A DNA stretch of 64,000 nucleotides. Source: Guillardia theta CCMP2712 (taxonomy: Eukaryota; Protista; Cryptophyta). Positions 50,754 to 62,825 of this stretch are shown in pieces. The stretch covers positions 231,336 to 295,335 of the forward strand of contig NW_005434587.1 in the NCBI RefSeq assembly GCF_000315625.1. Reading direction: 5' to 3'. Position numbers and translations under genes: made by a program. The stretch's first letter is position 1, and every line of letters begins with the position of its first letter. Under the pieces are notes generated by a model. It saw only the letters and a list, made by a program, of their open reading frames with translations. It was not told the DNA's origin and searched no databases.

Positions 50754-52112
50754 CTCGGTGATTGTCTTCATCCTTGCATCTCCGTCCTTTGACTCATTCC
50801 ACTCGCAGCCTGCAGCGAACATTAATTATTCTCGTGAGTCGCGCGTTGGCTCACGATGCCCTTTGCTCACATGCAACAACTTACAGCACAATCTCCCATG
50901 GAGCACTTAAACACGCCCCCAGCAGAGGCCGTCTCGCCGAACATGCAGGTCAAGCTTGTGATGGAAGCAAGAGAAGGCATGTGGAAGTGACAGCTGGGCA
51001 GCAGTACCGAGAGAGCAAGAATCTCTACGTGCCTGAGATGTTCGCGACGATCTCAGAAGCGATTGCAAACGCTCAGATGGAGGATCAGGTGATGGAGATG
51101 AGAGGAGGTGACGCGGTGGCTGATCTGTTGCCCAAGATCTTCGTGTCTCCTGGCCATTACGTGGAGACGATCTCTATCAGGAACCTAACTGTTTCGATCG
51201 TTGGAAACGGCAACATGCAGAACATTCTTCTGGAGGGGGTACGTTGAAACATGTGTCTATTCCGCTATCGTGCTTGTGTTCTCTTGTTCTCTTCCCTTTT
51301 ACTGATGCTAGAAGGACTCTGATCTAACTTGGCTCCTCGGCCTCCTGCTCACTTTGACTGCAGCCGACCGGCGCCATGGTCATCTCGCAAGAAGGCGGCC
51401 TCGTGCGCATTAGCAACCTCATGATCAGGAGCGCGGACGCTCCTGCCTACAAGTTAGTTGGAGGACAACTGGTGAAGACTCTTAGCTCTCTGTTTGCTCC
51501 TTCAAGCGCCTGACGCGCTGCGCAGATAATGGAGGATTGCAATGTGAGCGGAGGGAAGATGGGCCTCTGGGCGTACGGGGGATGCGAGTGCTGCATCCGT
51601 CGATCTGTCATGTGAAGATTCTTCTCCCTTGTCTCGCCCGCCTCATTTTCTCCCCCAGCTGCCGATGCGATCGGCAAGGAATGTATTTAGGGGAAAAATG
51701 CGTCGCAGTGGTGGAGTCCTGCAGGTGAATGTTGAATCATGCACAGTCAGTCGAGTTGAAAGTTCGTTTTCTCTTCCTGTTCCTGCTCCTGCTCCCGCTC
51801 CTCATCTTCTTCCTCTTCCTCTCCCGCTACTCTCCGTGTACACGTTCTTTTCCTTGTGAACCTGTCTCTCTCGTTCTCTTTCCCTTTATACCAATATCTT
51901 TCTCCTCTCTTCGCTTTCGGTTTTTCTCTCCCTCTCCTGCTCGGGCAGCATTTTTGAGAACGGCGATCACGGGATTCTTGTGCTCAACGATGGAGCACGG
52001 CTGAGCATGACGCGGAGCATGGTCTCTTACAATCAGGGAGCAGCTGTCGCCATCGATCAGGTCAGTTTGTTGTCCAACGTGACGCATGCACGACAGTAAC
52101 CTCTTCTCCTTA

Positions 52113-52188
<76 letters not shown>

Positions 52189-52357
52189 TCTGTTGCATGC
52201 TTTTTCCTTCACCTCGTCCTCTCGCTCTTCTCACCTTCTCCTTCAGTTTGCGGGAGGGAAGGTGGAGAACAACGACCTCAGGAACAACATGCAGGGCCCT
52301 TGTCTCGTGGGCGTCCAGAGTCAAAACTTGGTGTCTGTCACCAACAACTTGACCTGA
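47392..52357 (+). CDS. RING finger - TKL (Raf/MLK-like) kinase - polyQ - right-handed parallel beta-helix protein
   Basis: RING LECPVCLQLFNRPVTP|VNAECRCTFCESC...CTKC. Kinase SGAYGQV, VAVK, HRDLKPGN, DFG, GTSQYTAPE, DVYSFG, CW...RPSF. (CAG)n exon. Then VPEMFATISEAI...IFVSPGHYVETI...IFENGDHGILV...VENNDLRNN. Stop 52355-52357. Confidence 0.85.
52113..52187 (+). repeat. (CCTG)n microsatellite
   Basis: Direct reading; in the last intron of the RING-kinase gene. Confidence 0.95.
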
Positions 52358-52538
52358 GCTACTAGAGCAGTGACTGTGTGACTTACAACAAACTTTTACT
52401 CTCACACCTTGACCTCCTCCTTTCTTCTCCCTCCTCCTGTAATCTCCTTACTCCACCTGTCTTCACTTCATCCTGTCACACATACCTGTACACCCTTCTC
52501 TTCTCACCCTTCGATGTCACTCACGCTGCCTCGATCAC

Positions 52539-54890
52539 CTACTCTCTCCTCCCTCCTACACTGTGTGTCCCTGCCAGAGCTCGTGTATCTCCAGCTCCAA
52601 TCGCGCCGCCTGCTGACGTGTCATAGCTGCTCGAGCTCTCAATTCTCCGCACCTCTACGAGGCTCTTCCTCGTCTGGTATTCCTCCACGAACTGCCGTGA
52701 GAGCCTGCTGGGATGCGCCGAGTCGTCGAGCTGCCAAGATGTGAGAGGAGGAGAGGAGGAGAGACTTCGGGACGAAGGATGACGAAGCGCCGCCGCCGCA
52801 GCAAGAGGAGGAGGAGGAGGATGGGGGCAAGAGAGGGGAGAGAGGAAGTAAGGGCAGTCGAAGCAAGAGGTGGAGGAGGAGGGATAGGAAAGGTCAAATG
52901 GGGCAGAGGCAGCAGAAGAAGAAGGATCAAGGAGCAGGAGCAGAGGCAGGAGCAGGGGCAGGAGCAGGAGCGGGGAGCTCTCCAACTTTAGGCTCTCTTT
53001 CTGTGCTTGGGAGCGGAGCCTCCGGGAAGAGGGAAGAGAAGACTCTGCCCTTGTCCTCCTCGAGCTTCTGCTCGACCTCCTTCATCTGCACGGGCATGTC
53101 GGTAAGAGAGAAGATGAAGAGGAGGTGGAAAGAGGAGGAGGAGGAGGAGGAGGAGGAGGAGGAGGAGGAGGAGGAGGAGGAGGAGGAGGAAGATACCTGC
53201 TTCAGCATCTCGGCTGATCTCTTGGCCTCTTCCTGGTTCGTGCAGACAGAGAGAGCGACCTGAGTTCCGTCAGAAGGGAGGGGGGGGAACAGGTGAAGGA
53301 GGGTGAGGGAGAGGGGAGAGGGAGGGAGGAGGCAGGGGGGATGGACTGGGGCAACTCACTTGGTTGATCAGCGAGTCAACCATAGTCACAGGAGCCTTCG
53401 GCTGCTCCTGCCTGTCAAGCATCTGCCAGCTCGTAAACCAGCTGGAGGGAAGGGTGATCTGGTCAGACCTGCAAGAGAGCCTCACAAACTTTGACAAGTC
53501 GCGACTGCTGCGCGTCAAGTCGCTTCCCGAGACCCGCCAGCCTCTCGGGCTCCTGGTGAGCGAGTCAGACAACATCCCCCCCCGCTCGCATGCCTGACCA
53601 GGCTTCCGTCTTCTGAGCTGACTCCAGCAGCAGTAGCAGCAGCAGGGAGAGCAGCTGAGGAAGGAGAAGGAGAGGAGAGAGAATCTCCTCTCTTTGGTGA
53701 CTTGGTCTCGTCGTCTTCCTCCGTCCCACCTCCTTCGCATGACTTCCTTTTGCTCGCGCCCTGCTGGCTTTCAGCTGAGCATGTTGATTCCTCCTCCTCA
53801 CCTGGTGATGTGGCGATGCGTCTGCATGCTCCTTCCTCCTGACTTCCCGCTTCACGTGCATCCCCAGCGTTGCTGCCAGCTCCTACGATGGTGTGAGGAG
53901 AAGGTGAGGAGAACGGGGAGGGACCTTGACGATTCTGATGCCTTCCTCCTCCTCCTCCTCCTCTCGCGGATACAAGAGCATCATCTGTGTGAGGCGAGTG
54001 AGGGCAAGACTGATGGAGCAAGTCGAGGGAAGCCTGAGGGAGGAGTAGATAGAGAAGCAAGGCACCTTGCGAAGAAGCCCAGGGAATCTGAAGGAGGAGG
54101 AGGAAGGGGGGGGGGGAGATGGGGGAGAAGGGGGAGAAGGGGGAGAAGGGGGGGGGATGAGAATTTCCTAACCGTCGACGATGTTATTGTAACTCGACAC
54201 GCTGGTGGTCGTTGTTTCTCCTTCATCGGCTTCCAGATCAGAATTTCCGTCACAATCTAACAAGATGTGTCAGGTGGGCCCAGCATTTTCCCAGCTCCCC
54301 ACCAGTGGGTCCAGCACCATGTCAGGACCCTTCCCGAACGACAGCACAAAGCTCTCCTCTTCCTCCTCCTCCTCCTCCTCCCTCTGCGCTCTCCTGACGA
54401 TCTTTACGTCGAACTCTGTGCTGTCGTCGTGGGAACTCGTGACAGGGAAGTACGCCACTTTCCCCGTCCTCGCATCCAGGAAGCAGCATTTCCCCTCGAA
54501 CACGACCTCTTCTCCTCCTGTCCAACCTGCTCCTCCGCGTCATCCTCAGCCATCCTCTTTTTCTCATGCACCTGCTCGCCGCCTCGCCGCCTCATCCCCT
54601 CCTCCTCCTCCTCCTCCTCCTCCGAACGTCGCATGCAGGAAGGCCTCTCGTTCCATAGCGATTATTCGGATGAGGCGGGTTTGGTCGATGCATCCCTTCG
54701 TCCCCCTGCTCCTGCTCGCCTCCTGCTCCTGCTGCTTCTGCTCCGCCTCCTGCTGCTCCTGCTGCTCCTGCTGCTCCTCTACCTCTACATCCACCTCTCT
54801 CCTCTCTCCTCTCTCTTCTCTGCCATCCTTCCCACTGCGATCCCATCTCAGTCCCTTCGCTCGCATCACCATCGAGGTAGCTCCCCACAT
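52539..54890 (-). CDS. Multi-exon hypothetical low-complexity protein
   Basis: Coding-like islands between microsatellite introns: KGCIDQTRLIRIIAMEREAFL, GKCCFLDARTGKVAYFPV, RDLSKFVRLSCRSDQITLPSSWFTSWQ, SRQFVEEYQTRKSLVEV. Confidence 0.35.
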
Positions 54891-54911
54891 CGCTCACAGC
54901 CCCGGCAGGAC

Positions 54912-56098
54912 ATGCGTACGTTTCTAGCCCTTGCGCTTCTTCTTCTCTCAGCCGCATGTTCGCATGCTAAGGTGCCAGCGACGCAGCGTTCTGTCGATGA
55001 CATGCGGAGCAGGAGGAGGAAAGCACATGCGAGACAACACTTATCCTCCTTAAGCCAGACGCCGTCAGCCTCCTCTTCTTCATCTCCTCTTCCCCTGTCT
55101 CCTCCTCCTCCTCCCCTCCTCCTCCCCTTCTCCTCCCCTCCTCCTCCCCTTCGCTTCACCTCTTCATCTCCTCTCCTTCTCTTCCTCCTCCCCTCCTCCT
55201 CCCCTTCTCCTCCCCTCCTCCTCCCCTCTTCCTCTTCTTCCCCTTCCTGATCCTCCTCTCCAGGTCTCTCGTGGCCTCGTCGGCGCGGCATTGACGAGGT
55301 TCGAGCAATGTGGGCTGAAGATCTCGCAGATGCGGGTGAGGGGGAGAGTGAGTGTGCGAAGTTGAGAGAGGCGGCAAGGTGTACGAGAAAGTTCCCGACG
55401 ACATCATCCGAGAGCACTACAAGGAGCATGCAGCGGTAAGACGAATGAACATGCATCCTGTCCTGTCCTGTCCTGTCCTGTCCTGTCCTGTCCTGTCCTG
55501 TCCTGTCCTGTCCTGTCCTGTCCTGTCCTGTCCTGTCCTGTGTTTCCTCCACCGACCACAACACAAATACATCCTTTTCTCCTTCTCCTCGCACCTGTAT
55601 CTTGGTCTTTGTTCTCTTACCTCCCTACAACTCTACTTGCCCTCCTCGTCCTCTGACATGCTCTTCCTAGCGGAGTTTCTACCCTGAGCTTGTCGAGTCG
55701 ATGACGTCGGGAACGGTCGTGGCGGTCGAGGTGGCGGCGACTTTCTCCTCCTCTTCCTCCGCTGACGCGCAGCAGCTGCGAGGGTCCAACGCTGTTGCAC
55801 GGGTTAGGAAGATGCTGGGGTCAACCGATCCATCAGCAGCAGAGATGGGCACGTTCAGAGCCGACTATGGTCTCGACAAGACGCGCAACTTCATGGTAAA
55901 AATCGGGGGAAGGAAGGAGGAAGGAGCAGGAGGGAGGAGGGAGGAGGGAGGAGGGAGGAGGAGGAGGAGGAGGAGGAGGAGGAGGAGGAGGAGGGAGGAG
56001 GAGGAGCGGAGGAGGAGGGTTCACTTCAATTGCAGCATGCGAGTGACTCGACAGAGTCGTCTGCTCGTGAAGTGAACCTCTGGATTAGAGGAGGTTAG
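54912..56098 (+). CDS. NDK: Nucleoside diphosphate kinase with N-terminal signal peptide
   Basis: Spliced product MRTFLALALLLLSAACSHAK|EEESTCETTLILLKPDA|VSRGLVGAALTRFEQCGLKI...|...EHYKEHAA|RSFYPELVESMTSG...|...VRKMLGSTDP...GTFRADYG...RNFM|HASDS...AREVNLW. Catalytic His present. Confidence 0.9.
55456..55540 (+). repeat. (TCCTG)n microsatellite
   Basis: Direct reading; in an NDK intron. Confidence 0.95.
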
Positions 56099-56523
56099 TT
56101 CCTGCTCGCTCTCCTTCCCTCGCCCTCCCAGTCAGCTCTCTTCCCCTCCCCTCCTCGTTCATGGTATCCACGTGCTCTAACCAACGAGCAGGGGCAGCAG
56201 GTCAGGCCTCGTGAGATGTTCTTCCCCTAAGTTAAGTGCTAACAAATCAAGAATGAGCATGTCGATGAGCAGACAAGATTTCTCCACTCCTCGCAATGGC
56301 AGAGCACTCCAACGTCCTTTCATCTTCAGTGTGTCTTCGCCTTCTCCTTCTCTGATCAATCTGTCACAATCTGTTCCTCCTCCAAAACTCCCTCCCCTCG
56401 CCCCCTGCTCCTCCTCCTCTTACCCCCGTCTGAGCCTTCCCAGCAGAAGGGGTTGAGCCCACCGACACTCCAGCTGAGATAAGTCAGTTGCCGGAGCAGG
56501 AGATCGAGGAGGAGAGAGAGATT

Positions 56524-59500
56524 TTACCAGAAGAATACGAAGCTGCGCAGAACCTCGTAGAGGAAGAGGAAGGGGCCGAGAAAGAGCAGCACCGGAATGA
56601 GCAGCGCAAGGAAGTCCACATACAGGCTCCCCAGCGAGACCCGCGCTCGCACCAACCAGGAAGGCTTCATATCTCCTTCCCCGCAGTAGTAGGCCAGCGC
56701 TACTCGCCTCTCCTCCTCCTCCAGCAGCCCTGACGGAGAGTCAGAGGAGGAGGAAAAACTTGTCGAAGAGGATGGAGGGCATGAGAGCTGGGGGTCCCCT
56801 GGAGTCAGCTACCGATGTAGGCGAACTTGACGAGGCTCTTCAGTCGGAGCTTCTCCGAGTAGCGGAGGCTGTTGAGGAGGCCGCGGGTGTAGCCGAGGGA
56901 GTGAAGCACGCCCAGCATGTTGCCCTCCTCCTCCTTCCCTCCCTCCTGCTGCCCGTGCATGGCGACCAGACAGTCTCCCACGTCCTTGACGGAGATGCTG
57001 TCCGGGAGCTGCTGCTTGGCGGCTGAACAAGTGTAAGACGAGGAAGAGGACACGGAGCGGGGAGGGGGGAACGAGAATGGGGGGAGGGAGGGAGGGAGGG
57101 AGGGTAGAGAGAAAGAGAGAAGTGCGGGACAGGAGAAGGGCGAAGGATGATGGGCCGTGGGATGTCACCTGCTCGCAGATCGCTTGGGGAAATTTTTGAG
57201 GCGAAAACAAACCAGGGGGAGATGATGAGGGGGAAGAACTTGTAGAGGGGACCTGAGCAGCTTGTCTCACATGGACGGACAAGAGGAGGAGGACAAACCT
57301 GCGAACCTCCTTGCCAGCCTTTCACGCTGAGCTCGGGATGCAAAAGGAGAGACGCTGGCGATTAGAAGCTGAGAAAGTACACGTTGTCAGACTCGCTACC
57401 TCCTCCCTGTCTCCCTCCCTCCTCTCTCCCTGGCTGCCGCTCTCCACTGACCTTGCAGACGTCTCTCCTCATGTTGTCTGAGATGTTGTGGTAGAGTCCA
57501 TGGTCGAGGAGGATCAACTGCAGTCAAACTTATCAGCATCTCCTTCCTCTTCAATGTCCTCCAACCCCCGGCTTGCATCCTTTCTTCCCGCAGCTGTTCA
57601 CGTTGAGATACACGTTGCCTGCCCGCCCACCATCAGAGAGAAAGTGGAAGAGATGGACGAGACTGCAGACTCGAGGGAAAGGGAGGGGAGGGGAGGGGAG
57701 GGGAGGGGAGGGGAGAGGAGAGGAGAGGTCTTGTAAGTTCAAACTTCCGTGTCTTCCTCACCGTTGTGCGGGTCACCATGTACATGTCCATGGACCAGGA
57801 GCATTTCCGAGAAGACATCGGCGACTTGAAAGGGAGCAAGTCAGGGACAAACTCGAGATGACACGATGGTTACTGAGATCCCCGCAGTCTCTCTTGTCAA
57901 GATGGCTTCTCTCGAGCCCTTCAGAATCTGCGACACTTCAGCTGCAAGACATGTGTCTCCAACCACGTCACCGGAAACTTTCAGCATGTCTTCCATATAT
58001 TCCATCGTCAAGACGCTTTTGCTGCTCAGAGTCTGACAGGAGCAACAACCGTCAGACAGACAACGTCATCCCAGATCATCTCAGATCATGACATGATCTT
58101 GAGACTTGGTTCAAAGACACGATAGATTATCTGAAGCACCTTCATCACTCGGGGGACTAGCACGTTTGTCCGATGTCTCAAGCATTCCGCTGTTTTTGCA
58201 GCATTTGCCGCCTCCGTCTGTGGTCAGACTGTAAGAGGATGACGAGCAGAACAAGGGCAGAGAAGGAAGGATGCAATCAAGACGAGCAAGAGTGGAGAGT
58301 GAAAATCAAGATGGAGGGGGACAGAAAGAATGCAAAAACGAATAGATAAGAGGAGGAGGAGGAGGATCAGAGGAGGAGCAGCAGCCAAGGAAGAGGAAGA
58401 GAAGGAAGTAGCAGGAGGGAGGGTTAAGGAGGGTTGCCGAGGGGGGAGGGGGGGGGGGGAGTAGAAGAGGGGAAGCATTCCTGTAGGTCAAGTTCCATCT
58501 TCAGCGCCTCTTCAAAGTCGTTGATCAGCCATTGGAGGTCGTATCCTCCAGGAGACACTTGAGATCCTATCATGCTGGTCTGCTGTTACAACCAGCTCCT
58601 CCTCTCCTCCCCCCTTAGCTTCTTCTCTCCTCCCCCTCTAGATCCTCCTCTCCTCCCCCTCTAGCTCCTCCTCTCCTCCCCTCCTATTTCCTCCCCTCTG
58701 GCATCGTTCGCCCTCTTTCTCCCTCCTCATACCCTGTCGTCTAATTCACACCCTCGTTCTCCTCCTTCCCCTCCTTTCCCTCCCTCTTCTCACTTCCTCC
58801 CCCTCCTCACCGAAAGACAGCAAAGTCCGACGCAAGCTCCTTTCGTAGCGTGGGGTACAACATCTTCACTGCAACTTTCCTCCCGTCCTTGGTCATCGCC
58901 TTGTGCACTTGGGCGAGAGACGCGGCAGCGATGGGCGTCTCCTCGATGCTCGCAAACAGTTGCGATCCGGACTGACCGAAGTCTTCGACGAGCACGGTCT
59001 CCATGAACTTGAAGGGGCGGAAAGGAGCGCGATCTGTCAGCACGCGGAGGGTCTTGACGTACGCCATGGGCACTCCCTTGTCTCCTGCTCCTCCCTGCAG
59101 GGACGCGACGAACTGAGCAGCCTTGTTGTAGATCCCGCCGTTCTCTTGCGCGAGGAGCAGGCATTTCTCGGCCGATCGCGCATGGAGGTCGTCTAGAACT
59201 CGCTGTCTTTCCTCCGGGTCTTCTACTCCCTCCAAGCTCTTGGTGTAGTCCGCGTAGATCTCGTCGAAGAGCTTCTTCGCTCGCGCTGATCGCGCCATCC
59301 CCACGCCGAAGTCAGCCTTGGAGTCATTCACCGACTCGGTCTGAGCTTTCGACGGTTGAGACGCAGCGGCCGCGAGGATGCTATCGATGGCCGAGGCGGT
59401 GCCGGCGACGGAGTTCATGTCGAAGCTTCCCTTCAGCTTCGCTTCCGCTGCCTCCAGCCCCTTCTGGTACGTCGCATTGGCGGGATCGATCTCCAGAGCT

Positions 59501-59980
59501 GAGCGATACGAAGACACAGAGAGCTTGTAGTCCCCTGCTTGGAAAGAGGCCGACCCGATCCGGCCATGCGCCTTGGCTGACAGCGGGTTGATGCTCAAGG
59601 CTGCCCTGCCATCTTCGATCGCCTCCTCGAACTTCCTGAGGTTCGTTCTGACCAGCGAGCGGTTGGTGAAGTAAGCCTCCACTTGCGGGTTGAGGCTGAT
59701 CGCCTTGCTGTAGAATTCTTCTGCTCCTGCATAATCCTTCTGGTTCAGAAGTTCGTTGCCTCGCAGCTTGAAGCCTTCTGCCTGTGCCGCCTTATCCTCA
59801 GGCTCTGACATGCCGACTGGGTCAGCTAGCGGCAGAGTTACGACCGGCTCCTCCTTTCTTGCTTGTTTCACGTTGTTTGTTGAAATCTCTTGATCAAAGC
59901 TAGCTCGAGAGATCAGCAAGGGGCAAGAGCATTATTTGCACATACCTGACGTCCACCTTCCGCTTGTTCGCACTACTCAT
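56524..59980 (-). CDS. TPR (3 repeats) - ABC1/UbiB atypical kinase (ADCK1-like) - C-terminal TM
   Basis: TPR AEGFKLRGNELL...YSKAI...YFTNRS...AKAHGRIG. In the same exon: NGGIYNKAAQ, PIAAASLAQVH, VAVK. Later exons HGDPHN|GNVY and LILLDHGLY. Hydrophobic tail FLALLIPVLFLGPFLFL. Confidence 0.85.
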
Positions 59981-60808
59981 GCAGAGCAACACCAAGGGAC
60001 CTTATGGCTCCCATGACCTTGCTGATAGTCAGGATAAGCTGAAAGATGCGACTCAACTTGTGCCTTCGTCCCTAGAGCAATCCCTCATTGAGCCCCTCCA
60101 GTGGTTCATCCTAGCTCTCTCGAATCCCGCATCCAACTTCAATAATCATCCTCAATCACACTCAGCTGACCACCTGCATCTCCCGTTTCGTCTCCTGCAT
60201 TTATCCCCATTTCATCGCTCACTTCACCAAAACTCGAAATCAAGATCCTCGATCACCTCTGACCTCTCTCCACTGCATCTCTCCTTCTCTTCCCCCTCCT
60301 TTCCTCCCTCTCAATTCTCAATATTTCCCTCCCTCTTGCCTGCTTTCTCGCTCTCTGTCTCCCTGCCCTGCTCTGCTCCATAGTCAGAATTCGGCAGACC
60401 GCCGGATTACTTCCGGCGAAACTCAAGAAAAGCATTTAACAGGTGGAGGACACGAGGAGCCTAGTATGATAATGATGGCACGCACGTTTGAGCGCTCGGT
60501 GACATCCGAAGATGTCATGATGGACATCAGTCAGTCCCGCTGCTCCAGAGGGAGGTCAACCAACTAACGGCGGCGAATGAAAGTCGCCATTGTTGTAACG
60601 ATACACCGGCGATCCACTGTCGGGCAAGTTGACTGCTGACAGTATGAACAACTCCTAAGGAGGTTGATTGATTGGGGTTCTTCCTTACCAAACCATAAAA
60701 TGAGGTGTCGAACACTTGATGAATAGCTGGGATATCGTCAACCTCTTTCGTGATGGGTAGCACGATTGTGTCCGTCTCTGTTTTCAAAGATTCATAATTC
60801 ATTAAGCT

Positions 60809-61454
60809 TCAGTCTACGATGGAATATTTACAATCATACTCTCCCTGTACGTGTTTGAGAGCCTCTTCGAAAAGATTGAAATCATCCTCTGAGCCCTCAT
60901 CTTTGCCGGGCGGATGCTGCAAGGACGATACAAATGTGCCGGGATTGACAACAGCAAACGCGCTGGTGCAATCACTGTTGGACTGTGCGCTCTGAAATGA
61001 ACGATGAAAACCAAAGCTATCTTGAAATTTTGGTGTTGAAACATGTACAGGGCCCGAATTCCAAAAGACAACAGCCGAAGGAGATTCGTCTGCTCGATCT
61101 TTGGTCACAAAACCGTGGTTGACGGTATCAGTTCCCAGTGTTTCACATCGAACCGCAGGTTGATTCCGCTGCCGCGAATATGGCCACTTTTCAATTCCAA
61201 CACGTCTGCATACTGCCTTCATCGCAGTCAGCGATATTCCCTGTCAATGTGGTCAGATTGAAACGAGTAATGAGATATATTCAGTAATGAGATATATTCA
61301 TTACCAATGACTTAGCAGCTTCTGTTTGGCGGAGGTGAAATAGTCCTTCGATTTGTTCATGGCTGATTAGAAGTTCACGTTTATCCGGAATTCGGCCTTC
61401 TTTCTTCCGGGGAAAGACACGCACGATGTTTGGGCGATGAATTCCACTCGCCAT
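60809..61454 (-). CDS. RWP-RK domain transcription factor
   Basis: VRVFPRKK...ISHEQIEGLFHLRQTEAAKSL|GISLTAMKAVCRRVGIEKWPYSR. Intron 61241-61304. Confidence 0.9.
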
Positions 61455-61810
61455 CAAGTCGAATAAATCCAAAGAGATTCGACGGCACGCAGACCAAAGG
61501 GTGTGTCGCCGGTTTGCGAGTTACAGGAAGGATACACCAAAATCAAAGGTGAATAGTAGGCAGGTGACGTGTGCAGGGCAAGCAGTGCCGGAAGCTGTAT
61601 CGGATACTGGGCCACTCGAGGGGAGGGTCGAGTTATCCCGGAAGCGTTGAAGGTGAAGACGGGGAAGAGACTGGAGTGTAAGATAGTGAGAAGAATGGAG
61701 GGGCTGCCGGAGCAACAAGGGAGGGGGAGAGGATGAAGGGCAACTAGAACGTAGAAGAATGCCGATGGCGGGATGGGGGGGCGGGGGGGGGTCGGGAAGG
61801 ACGGGGGGAA

Positions 61811-61910
61811 NNNNNNNNNNNNNNNNNNNNNNNNNNNNNNNNNNNNNNNNNNNNNNNNNNNNNNNNNNNNNNNNNNNNNNNNNNNNNNNNNNNNNNNNNN
61901 NNNNNNNNNN
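61811..61910. other. Assembly gap (100 N)
   Basis: Run of N flanked by G-rich sequence. Confidence 1.
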
Positions 61911-62119
61911 AGTGGGGAGGAGGGGAGGAGGAGTAGAACGAGTGAATCAGTTTGCGGTCGAGAAGGTGGAGGATGCACTGGGAGCGATGACTGTGAATGT
62001 GCGGGTTGTTGTACGATAAGGAGATGCTCGAATCTGATCAGGTTCTGTTTCCTCTGTGCTGTCTCAACAAGATCTTGTTCTCACTGAATTGTTGCAGGAA
62101 TCTCAACGTCTCCCATGAC

Positions 62120-62699
62120 AAGTCTGAGATGCTACAAGTGAAGCCGACGAGTATGCTCTGTTGATCTTGAACGGACTTGAGGTGGCTGATCATTCCAGCA
62201 GGAAGCATGCTTCATGGTGAGAGCACTTAAGCTGCCATGATCGAGTCTTTGGTTCGTCCTCAACTTGTGGCCCCAGGTAGCAGTTTGGAAAAGAGGCTGC
62301 AGCAGCAGATCAACGCTCTGGTGGAGCAGATGCATCTGTGAGTCTGAGAGGGTGGAGGCGAGAGAGAGGATGAGTGGGAGGGAGGAGAGGTGGGAGGGAA
62401 GGGAGGAGAGGTGGGAGGCAAGGGAGGAGAGGTGGGAGGGAAGGGAGGAGAGGTGGGAGGCAAGGGAGGAGAGGTGGGAGGCAAGGGAGGAGAGGTGGGA
62501 AGGTAAGAGGGAGGAGAGGTTCGGATTCTCACGCTGGTGATTGTCAAGTGACAAGAAGAAGTTGAAGAGAGTTCACTCGATGAGTCGAGTACAGGCTGAG
62601 CAGCTGAAGCGCTTGAGCGATTTTGTGTCCTATCACTGGCAGAGGTTATCAAATTATCCTGCTCCCGCTCCCGCTCCCGCTCCTCCTGCTCCTCTTACA

Positions 62700-62749
<50 letters not shown>

Positions 62750-62771
62750 CGCTCCCGCTCCCGCTCCCGCT

Positions 62772-62825
<54 letters not shown>

